Positions 8,865-16,309 of a DNA stretch of 64,000 bases are shown here, piece by piece; positions within the stretch are counted from its first letter, which is position 1; each line of letters starts with the position of its first letter. The stretch is from Bacteroidales bacterium (lineage in GTDB: Bacteria; Bacteroidota; Bacteroidia; Bacteroidales; VadinHA17). The notes under the pieces are model-generated. The model searched no databases. It had not been told where the DNA came from and worked only from the letters and a program-made list of their open reading frames with translations. Both the position numbers and the translations under genes were made by a program. Where the stretch lies: contig DATALC010000074.1 of the NCBI GenBank assembly GCA_036261265.1, forward strand, positions 17,393 through 81,392, in the 5' to 3' direction.

Positions 8865-9593
8865 TCACTCAGCCTTAATGATCCGGAAGTGAATTACTGA
8901 AGCTATAATATATAGCGGTATGATAAGCGGAAGTACGATTAAACCGGAGATTGCATAACAGATGACGATCATCCCCGCAAGAATATATCTTCCCTCATTA
9001 CCTTTAAAACTGAAATTTTTGATTTTAAGTGAAAGCAGGGGCATTCGTATCACCATCATCAGCGAAAGAATGAAGGTGTAAGCAAGAAGCCAGAGTGGTG
9101 AACCTGTAAATGATCTCAGCAGCTCTGAACCTGTATAATTTGCCGCCAGAACAATCGTGATAACGCCTATTGCATTTGCAGGAGTAGGGAGTCCTTTGAA
9201 AACTGTAGCCTGGGAAACATCGATATTAAACTTAGCCAGCCTCAGAGCTGCGCACACAGGCATAACAACAGGTAGAAATAACAGTACCGAATTGACAGGA
9301 TCTTCATCAAGGAGAATCAATGTATCAGATGAAACTGAATTTCCTATAAGATGGAAGATAATCATCGCAGGCGCAACGCCAAAGCTCACAAGGTCGGCTA
9401 GGCTGTCAAGCTCTTTACCGATTTCCGAATAGGCTTTCAGCAGCCTGGCCGTGAATCCGTCGAAAAAGTCAAATATCATTGCAAACACAATCAGCCAGGA
9501 GGCACTTATAATATCCCCGCGCGAAGCAAAAATTACGGCAATAAATCCTGATACAAGATTCAGGGATGTTATAAGGTTTGGAATATGTTTCAT
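8865..9593 (-). CDS. pssA: CDP-diacylglycerol--serine O-phosphatidyltransferase
   Basis: CDP-alcohol phosphatidyltransferase motif DFFDGFTARLLKAYSEIGKELDSLADLVSFGVAP. Multi-TM. Confidence 0.85.
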   Translation of the reverse strand: MKHIPNLITSLNLVSGFIAVIFASRGDIISASWLIVFAMIFDFFDGFTARLLKAYSEIGKELDSLADLVSFGVAPAMIIFHLIGNSVSSDTLILLDEDPVNSVLLFLPVVMPVCAALRLAKFNIDVSQATVFKGLPTPANAIGVITIVLAANYTGSELLRSFTGSPLWLLAYTFILSLMMVIRMPLLSLKIKNFSFKGNEGRYILAGMIVICYAISGLIVLPLIIPLYIIASVIHFRIIKAE

Positions 9594-9655
9594 TATTAAC
9601 AGAATGAAGTGTTCAGAAGGGTTTAAAATTAAGAAAATCTTCTCTCTTTTATTAG

Positions 9656-9663
9656 TAGATTTG
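9656..9663 (+). promoter_or_regulatory. Bacteroidota -7 promoter box (TAnnTTTG)
   Basis: TAGATTTG lies 19 nt upstream of the ATG at 9683. Confidence 0.5.
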
Positions 9664-9682
9664 TATTAAATAACTTCAACTG

Positions 9683-10135
9683 ATGAATGACTTCTCAGGG
9701 ATTAAGATAGCCGTTGATTTTGACGGAACTATTGTTGAGCATGAATATCCCGGCATCGGTAAAGAGAAACTTTTTGCATTTCAAACCCTTAAGGAGCTTG
9801 AAAAGAAAGGCGCCCTGCTTATATTATGGACTTTCAGAACAGGCAGGGAGCTTGATGAGGCAGTTGATTTTTGCAGAAAGAACGGTATTGAGTTCTATGC
9901 AATCAACAGGAATTACCCTGAAGAAGTTTTTGATGCAGATACAGTAAGCCGCAAGATCAATGCTGATATATACATAGATGATAAAAATATCGGCGGATTT
10001 CCGGGATGGAGCAATATCTGGCAAATGCTTAATCCTTTTGAGCTCCAGGAGAGGGAAGCTCAGAGAAAACTAGAATCATCAGGAAACAGATTTTTCCGTT
10101 TATTTAAAAAGAAATCAAAAGAAAATGAGAACTGA
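9683..10135 (+). CDS. small HAD-like hydrolase-fold protein, function unknown
   Basis: N-terminal IAVDFDGTIV resembles the HAD DxDGT nucleophile motif. 150 aa with a basic tail. Overlaps the next gene by 11 nt. Confidence 0.5.
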   Translation: MNDFSGIKIAVDFDGTIVEHEYPGIGKEKLFAFQTLKELEKKGALLILWTFRTGRELDEAVDFCRKNGIEFYAINRNYPEEVFDADTVSRKINADIYIDDKNIGGFPGWSNIWQMLNPFELQEREAQRKLESSGNRFFRLFKKKSKENEN

Positions 10136-11228
10136 GTACCCGAAATTTTTCATTTCATTCATTGCCGGTACTGCTCTTACATGGATGATATCATGCTCAG
10201 GCAGATCTGGTACTGAAAAGGCGGACAAAGTACCTGCGCCTGTGATTGAGAACAGCAGATCGGTTGTAAAGATACTGTCTCCTCTTGAAAATGCAGGTTT
10301 TAAACTCAGGGAACCTGTAAAGGTTGTTCTTTCTGTTGAGAAAAAACCGGATTCGATAGTCATTATGTTCGATAGCAGACATGTCTCGACTCTGACAAAT
10401 GAACCATGGGAGAGCAATATTCCGTCTGAATTTACATTGAGTACAGGGAAAAAGGCGTTAAAAGTAACTTCATTTGAATCAGGAAAGAAACCATCAACTC
10501 TTACACGGTTTCTTGTTGTATATTCTGATGTAGCGCCAAAGAAATACGGATATAGTATTGTTCATACATATCCGCATGACCGTGATGCTTTCACACAGGG
10601 GCTGTTTTATTATAACGGTATTCTTTACGAGGGAACTGGGCAGCAAACAGGTTCGAGCCTGAGGGAGGTACAGCTCGAAACCGGGAAGGTTCTCCGACAA
10701 CATAACCTTGATGCATCTCTTTTCGGGGAGGGAATAACACTTTACAATGACAGGATTTTCCAGGTTACATGGGAGAATAAGGTCGGGTTTGTTTATGACA
10801 GGGCAAGTTTTAATGTAATCAACAAGATATATTATCCGACTCAGGGTTGGGGACTCACGACAATTGGCAATAAAATTGTGATGAGCGATGGCACTAATGT
10901 GCTGTATTTTTATGAGCCCGAAAGCTTTACAGTTATATCAAGAATTGAGGTATATGATGACGTCAACATTGTAGACTCTCTTAACGAGCTTGAATATATA
11001 AATGGTGAGATCTGGGCAAATATCTGGATGACTGACAGGATAGCCCGGATTGATCCTGAAACAGGCAAAGTTAAAGGGTATATTGATCTTACGGGCCTGC
11101 TCAAGAAGAGCGATAAGGAAACCGACACTGATGTTCTTAACGGGATTGCCTGGGATTCTGCCGGGAAACGTATTTTTGTCACCGGGAAGAGATGGCCAAA
11201 ACTATTCGAGATCACTCTAAGGGAATAA
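10125..11228 (+). CDS. glutaminyl-peptide cyclotransferase (beta-propeller, plant/bacterial type) lipoprotein
   Basis: YPHDRDAFTQGLFYYNGILYEGTGQ and WANIW...IARIDPETG blocks are typical of type I glutamine cyclotransferases. Lipobox-like LTWMISC. About 125 aa of extra N-terminal sequence. Confidence 0.8.
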   Translation: MRTEYPKFFISFIAGTALTWMISCSGRSGTEKADKVPAPVIENSRSVVKILSPLENAGFKLREPVKVVLSVEKKPDSIVIMFDSRHVSTLTNEPWESNIPSEFTLSTGKKALKVTSFESGKKPSTLTRFLVVYSDVAPKKYGYSIVHTYPHDRDAFTQGLFYYNGILYEGTGQQTGSSLREVQLETGKVLRQHNLDASLFGEGITLYNDRIFQVTWENKVGFVYDRASFNVINKIYYPTQGWGLTTIGNKIVMSDGTNVLYFYEPESFTVISRIEVYDDVNIVDSLNELEYINGEIWANIWMTDRIARIDPETGKVKGYIDLTGLLKKSDKETDTDVLNGIAWDSAGKRIFVTGKRWPKLFEITLRE

Positions 11229-12183
11229 GCCTTTCCCCATATATTACTTTCAGAGCTCCGGGTATCACTGTGAACTCAGCGGGTGTATGCCCTAAAAATT
11301 CACCGTCGGCCTCTGTATATACAGGGATCTCTGATGAGATATCGAACTTCCTGCATCTGTAGCCGTCTACTTTCGGATGTTCAAGAATTTTTCCGTTATA
11401 AAGTATCTGCAGGTTTCTTATTATTTCAAATTTCCTCATTGAGTTAATCACTGTGACGTCGAGCCAGCCATCATCAGGAATTGCATTTGGCGTCTGCCTC
11501 ATTCCACCGCCGCAATAGCGGCCGTTACCGACATTAACAGAAAAAATCCGGGCCTTCTTCTGTTCAGAATCAATTGTAAGAAGAACTTTTTTATTCCTGT
11601 ATGATGACAGTGTCACAAGAAGATTATAAAAGTAAACAAGTTTGCCTCCATAGCCTTTTTCCTTCTGGTTATTTGTTCTTCTTACTACAGCAGATTCGAA
11701 CCCAACGCCTGCTATATTAATAAAGTATCTGATCTGCTTTTCGTCACCATTATAATAGCTGACGACACCTGCATCATGCAGCATTGTCTTATCAGCTTTT
11801 ATTATTTTAACAGCTTCAGTGTAATTTCCCGGTATGCCGAACATCCTTACCCAGTCATTACCGGTTCCTACAGGGATCATCCCAAGTGAAACCTCCGGTG
11901 TATAGCAAACAGAATTTAAGAATATGCCATTCACTATTTCATTCAGAGTCCCATCACCGCCAACTGTTATTATCCTTCTGAATCCTGAATTTACGCCTTC
12001 AGCCGCAAGCCTTATAGCATGCCCTTTCTTTTCTGTGAACTTTTCAACGAAATGTATTCCTTCATTCTTCAGGAGTGAAGAGATCTTTTTCCAGTCTTTC
12101 TCGCCAAGGCCTTTGCCTGCATTCGGGTTTACAATTACAAGATACCCGTTATTTATTTGCTGCTTCATGTTTTTATGAGACAT
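11212..12183 (-). CDS. diacylglycerol kinase-family lipid kinase (YegS/BmrU-like)
   Basis: VIVNPNAGKG and TVGGDGTLNEIVNG motifs. The 3' end overlaps the convergent cyclase gene by 17 nt. Confidence 0.8.
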   Translation of the reverse strand: MSHKNMKQQINNGYLVIVNPNAGKGLGEKDWKKISSLLKNEGIHFVEKFTEKKGHAIRLAAEGVNSGFRRIITVGGDGTLNEIVNGIFLNSVCYTPEVSLGMIPVGTGNDWVRMFGIPGNYTEAVKIIKADKTMLHDAGVVSYYNGDEKQIRYFINIAGVGFESAVVRRTNNQKEKGYGGKLVYFYNLLVTLSSYRNKKVLLTIDSEQKKARIFSVNVGNGRYCGGGMRQTPNAIPDDGWLDVTVINSMRKFEIIRNLQILYNGKILEHPKVDGYRCRKFDISSEIPVYTEADGEFLGHTPAEFTVIPGALKVIYGERLIPLE

Positions 12184-12300
12184 GTCAAAGATGTAAATAA
12201 AATTTCAGCATCATTGCAAATGTTAATAACCTGTTGAAAACCGCAGCCGGAATGTTTAAAATTACATCATTGACTGTCTGTGGACGTTTTTCAGATATAT

Positions 12301-12308
12301 TAAATTTG
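12301..12308 (+). promoter_or_regulatory. Bacteroidota -7 promoter box (TAnnTTTG)
   Basis: TAAATTTG lies 32 nt upstream of the parA ATG. Confidence 0.45.
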
Positions 12309-12340
12309 GAGCTCGCATAATAACCAAATTATAAAGGAAG

Positions 12341-13126
12341 ATGGGAAGGATTATTTCAATAGCTAATCAGAAGGGGGGCGTCGGCAAGACAACAACTGCA
12401 ATTAACCTGGCTGCAAGCCTTGCCGCTCTTGAGAAAAAAGTTCTGATTATAGATGCCGATCCTCAGGCAAACGCGACATCCGGTATAGGGATCGATGTTC
12501 GTCAGATAAAATGTACAATATACGATTGCCTGATTGACGGCAAAGATCCATCCGAGGCCTTAATGACATGCGGAATTGATAATCTTGCAATCATGCCGTC
12601 AAATATAGACCTTGTAGGCGCTGAGATTGAAATGCTTGAAAGACCTGAGAGGGAAAAGATTCTGAAAGGAGTTATAAGCAGGCTTAACGGGAGTTATGAT
12701 TACATTCTGATTGATTGTTCGCCTTCATTAGGTCTGCTCACAGTGAATGCGCTTACTGCATCAGATTCTGTAATTATTCCGGTACAATGTGAATATTTTG
12801 CACTCGAAGGACTTGGCAAGCTCCTGAATACAATCAAAATTATACAGAATAACCTGAATAAAGATCTTGTAATTGAAGGCTTTCTTCTGACTATGTACGA
12901 TGCAAGATTAAGGCTATCGAACCAGGTTATGGATGAAGTGAATAAGCACTTCCAGCAGATGGTATTCAAAACTGTTATACAGAGAAATATCAAGCTGTCT
13001 GAAGCGCCCAGCTTCGGTCAGCCTGCTATACTTTATGATGCCGAGTCGAGAGGTACTGTGAATTATCTGAGCCTTGCAAAAGAACTGATTGAAAAGCAGG
13101 TTGCAACCGCCGCATCGAAAAACTGA
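12341..13126 (+). CDS. parA: chromosome partitioning ATPase ParA/Soj
   Basis: Deviant Walker A: NQKGGVGKTTTAINLA. Confidence 0.9.
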   Translation: MGRIISIANQKGGVGKTTTAINLAASLAALEKKVLIIDADPQANATSGIGIDVRQIKCTIYDCLIDGKDPSEALMTCGIDNLAIMPSNIDLVGAEIEMLERPEREKILKGVISRLNGSYDYILIDCSPSLGLLTVNALTASDSVIIPVQCEYFALEGLGKLLNTIKIIQNNLNKDLVIEGFLLTMYDARLRLSNQVMDEVNKHFQQMVFKTVIQRNIKLSEAPSFGQPAILYDAESRGTVNYLSLAKELIEKQVATAASKN

Positions 13127-13155
13127 GTACTTCCAATTAAAAAACGGAAAGAGCA

Positions 13156-14043
13156 ATGAATATGACAAAGAAAAACGCACTTGGCAGAGGATTGGGTGCA
13201 TTAATTGATGGCGTTGAAAAAGAGGTTCTTGAAAAGAAGGTAGAAGCCAATCTGAATATTTCTGTTGATTCGATAGAAGCAAATCCGTTTCAACCAAGAA
13301 CAAATTTTGATGAACAGGCTCTTGAGGAACTGGCAACATCAATAAGAAAGCTTGGCATTGTTCAGCCACTGACAGTAAGAGAGGTATCTCCGGGAAGATA
13401 CCAGCTTATAGCCGGTGAGAGAAGGCTCAGGGCGGCCAGACTGGCAGGACTTTCTCTTGTTCCAGCTTATGTAAGGACTGCAGATGACCAGGCAATGCTT
13501 GAACTTGCGCTTGTTGAAAACATTCAGCGTGAGGACCTTGATGCTGTTGAAGTAGCAATAAGCTTCCAGAGACTAATTGAGGAGTGTCGTCTTACACAGG
13601 AGCAATTAAGCGACAGAGTAGGTAAACAAAGATCAACTGTTGCCAATTATCTGAGATTGTTAAAATTACCCGCTGAAATTCAACTTGGAATAAGAAATAA
13701 GCAACTTATGATGGGGCATGCCCGTGCTCTCATTACTGTTGAAGACCCAAAAAAACAAATCGGCATTTACTACAGTATTATCGATGGCGGACTGTCGGTC
13801 AGGCAGGCTGAGGATCTTGTAAGACAGGCACAAACTGAACAGGGCAGGGATGAAACAAAATCGGAAAGAAAAAAGAAACTTAATGACGATTATTCAAAAC
13901 TTTCTGATCATCTTAACAAGATATTTTCTTCAAAAGTCAATTTCAGGATAAATGAAAACGGTAAGGGGAAAATCGTGATTCCATTTGAAAATACAGAGGA
14001 AATGGAGCGTATTTTAGGTGTTTTCGACCGCCTTACTCCCTAA
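13156..14043 (+). CDS. parB: chromosome partitioning protein ParB/Spo0J
   Basis: GERRLRAARLAG, ENIQREDL and the HTH segment LTQEQLSDRVGKQRSTVANYLRLL. Confidence 0.9.
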   Translation: MNMTKKNALGRGLGALIDGVEKEVLEKKVEANLNISVDSIEANPFQPRTNFDEQALEELATSIRKLGIVQPLTVREVSPGRYQLIAGERRLRAARLAGLSLVPAYVRTADDQAMLELALVENIQREDLDAVEVAISFQRLIEECRLTQEQLSDRVGKQRSTVANYLRLLKLPAEIQLGIRNKQLMMGHARALITVEDPKKQIGIYYSIIDGGLSVRQAEDLVRQAQTEQGRDETKSERKKKLNDDYSKLSDHLNKIFSSKVNFRINENGKGKIVIPFENTEEMERILGVFDRLTP

Positions 14044-14103
14044 AATAATTATCTTTACCGGCCGTTATTATGTACGAAGCCATAGCTTTGTACACTCACT
14101 GTT

Positions 14104-14733
14104 TTGAAGACATTCATTCAGATATCGATTATTGTGCTTTTGCAATTTGTTTGCATTGAGCAATTTGCATTCTCACAGGATTCGGTTCATCTTGAAAAAC
14201 ATGTAAAACATAAATTTGTTCCGTCTTCTGTTAAAGCAACAATGCTTGCTGCAGCATTACCCGGTCTTGGACAGGTATATAACAGGAAATACTGGAAAAT
14301 TCCACTTGTCTATGCAGGATTTGGCGGTATGATGTATGCAGCAAAGCAAAACTCATCGAATTTCAGATTATACATGAAGGCATTCAATGATCTTACTGAT
14401 GAGAACCCTGAAACTGCCAGTTACCTTAAATTGAAGAATGCACAAACGATCGATCCGGCGATGTTCGACGAGATCAAAAATCCTCAGAGCTATTCACATT
14501 ATAAGGATGAGCTTGACAGGCTGACAAAGTATTACAAACAGTATCGTGATCTGTCTTTTATAGGTCTGGGTGCATGGTACATAGTTACAATTCTTGATGC
14601 GAATGTCGATGCCAGCCTCTTTAACTATGATGTGAGTGAAAATCTCGATGTTTCAGTGATGCCAATCAGGTTCGAACAACCTGGTGGATACATCGTAGCA
14701 GGAATTAATGTGAGTCTTATGTTTAACTTTTAA
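14104..14733 (+). CDS. DUF5683-like membrane protein
   Basis: Signal peptide, then the LPGLGQVYNRKYWKIPLVY block. Sits directly after parB as in other Bacteroidota. TTG start. Confidence 0.6.
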   Translation: MKTFIQISIIVLLQFVCIEQFAFSQDSVHLEKHVKHKFVPSSVKATMLAAALPGLGQVYNRKYWKIPLVYAGFGGMMYAAKQNSSNFRLYMKAFNDLTDENPETASYLKLKNAQTIDPAMFDEIKNPQSYSHYKDELDRLTKYYKQYRDLSFIGLGAWYIVTILDANVDASLFNYDVSENLDVSVMPIRFEQPGGYIVAGINVSLMFNF

Positions 14734-14748
14734 CTCTTAAAAACTCTT

Positions 14749-16296
14749 ATGAGATTTGCCTCATTTCTTATAATCTTCCTTTTCCCGGTGATACTGTTAA
14801 ATGCTGCAGTTGAAAAGCCTGATACACTTATAATAAATTCAGATAATTCTGTCGAAAGAATTACGCGTGATCTCGATAGCCTTGCAAGTTCATGGTATGT
14901 TCAGCTTTCAATAAAAAACCATAATTTCAAAAATGATAGTATCGGAATTGAATATCCTGATTCGATTTATGAAAAAAGATTAAGAAAGATAAACTCAATA
15001 ATTCAACTTCCATATAATAATATTATAAGGAATCATATTCATGTTTACACAATAAGGCAGAGAGAAAAATTTGCAGCAGTTCTTGGATTAACTGACTACT
15101 ATTTCCCGATGATAGAAGATATATTCGATTCGTACGGTCTCCCGGCCGAGCTTAAGTACCTTGCTGTAATAGAATCCGCACTTAATCCGAATGCTGTTTC
15201 AAGAATGGGCGCAACCGGATTATGGCAGTTCATGTATAGCACAGGCAGGTTATATGGTCTTACTATTAACTCGGTTGTTGATGAAAGGCGCGATCCTGTA
15301 AGGGCAACTCATGCGGCTGCCAGGTATCTCAGAGATATGTACAATATTTTCAATGACTGGGGACTGGTGATCGCTGCATACAACTGCGGACCTGGAAATG
15401 TAAACAAGGCAATCAGAAGGTCAGGTAACAAAAAGGATTACTGGGGTATTTATTACAGGCTTCCAAGGGAAACGAGAGGATATCTTCCGCAATATGTTGC
15501 TGCAGTATATGGTGTTAATTATTTTGCTGAACATGGAATACTGCCTTTACCGCTTAATATTCCTGCTGCAACAGATACAATTGTCGTTCATAAAGACATC
15601 CATCTAAGTCAGATTTCAGGAGTAATGGGCATACCACTTGGTGAATTGAGAGCGTTAAATCCTCAATACCGTACCGGTTTGGTTCCTGGTTCGTCAAAAC
15701 CACAGTCTCTGACTCTTCCAATGTCGCATGTTGGCGATTTCATTGATCTTAGCGATACAATAAGAAACTATAAAGCTGAAACTTATCTTTCAAAAACAAC
15801 CCGGATAGATGATCCTGTAAAAAGCTCCTATTCACCTACAGTGACAGGAAAAACACGACTGACATATACTGTCAAATCCGGCGATAATCTCGGTTTCATA
15901 TCAGAGTGGTACAGAGTGTCACTTTCAGATCTGAAATACTGGAATAACATCTACAGGAATACAATCAGGGCCGGACAGAAACTTGTCATCTACGTTGATC
16001 CCTCAAAATCGGAGTATTTTACGCGGGTAAACAGCATGACATTTGCTGAAAAGCAGGCAATGGCAGGGAAAACTGTTCCGGTAAATACAGTGACTGCCAA
16101 ACCAGTCAAAACAGCATCAACAGGTAAAACCGAGGGCGATTATGAGGTTTATACAGTCCAGAGAGGCGATACAATCTGGGACATTGTAAAAATGTATGAA
16201 AATGTCACTGCGACAGATGTTTTGACCCTGAATGGCATCTCCGATGCTTCAAAGATTATGGTTGGGCAGAAACTTAAGATTAGGAAGAAGAGCTGA
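14749..16296 (+). CDS. lytic transglycosylase (SLT domain) with two C-terminal LysM domains (MltD-like)
   Basis: SLT block AVIESALNPNAVSRMGATGLWQFM...AAYNCGPGNV. Two LysM repeats (YTVKSGDNLGFISEWY...GQKLVIY; YTVQRGDTIWDIVKMY...GQKLKI). Confidence 0.8.
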   Translation: MRFASFLIIFLFPVILLNAAVEKPDTLIINSDNSVERITRDLDSLASSWYVQLSIKNHNFKNDSIGIEYPDSIYEKRLRKINSIIQLPYNNIIRNHIHVYTIRQREKFAAVLGLTDYYFPMIEDIFDSYGLPAELKYLAVIESALNPNAVSRMGATGLWQFMYSTGRLYGLTINSVVDERRDPVRATHAAARYLRDMYNIFNDWGLVIAAYNCGPGNVNKAIRRSGNKKDYWGIYYRLPRETRGYLPQYVAAVYGVNYFAEHGILPLPLNIPAATDTIVVHKDIHLSQISGVMGIPLGELRALNPQYRTGLVPGSSKPQSLTLPMSHVGDFIDLSDTIRNYKAETYLSKTTRIDDPVKSSYSPTVTGKTRLTYTVKSGDNLGFISEWYRVSLSDLKYWNNIYRNTIRAGQKLVIYVDPSKSEYFTRVNSMTFAEKQAMAGKTVPVNTVTAKPVKTASTGKTEGDYEVYTVQRGDTIWDIVKMYENVTATDVLTLNGISDASKIMVGQKLKIRKKS

Positions 16297-16309
16297 CTTT
16301 TTCCAATAT

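Noticed and set aside
16232-16309. N-terminal extension of the SGNH-MBOAT ORF
   Set aside because: It overlaps the last 65 nt of the lytic transglycosylase gene in another frame. The ATG at 16310 is followed at once by a typical TM anchor.
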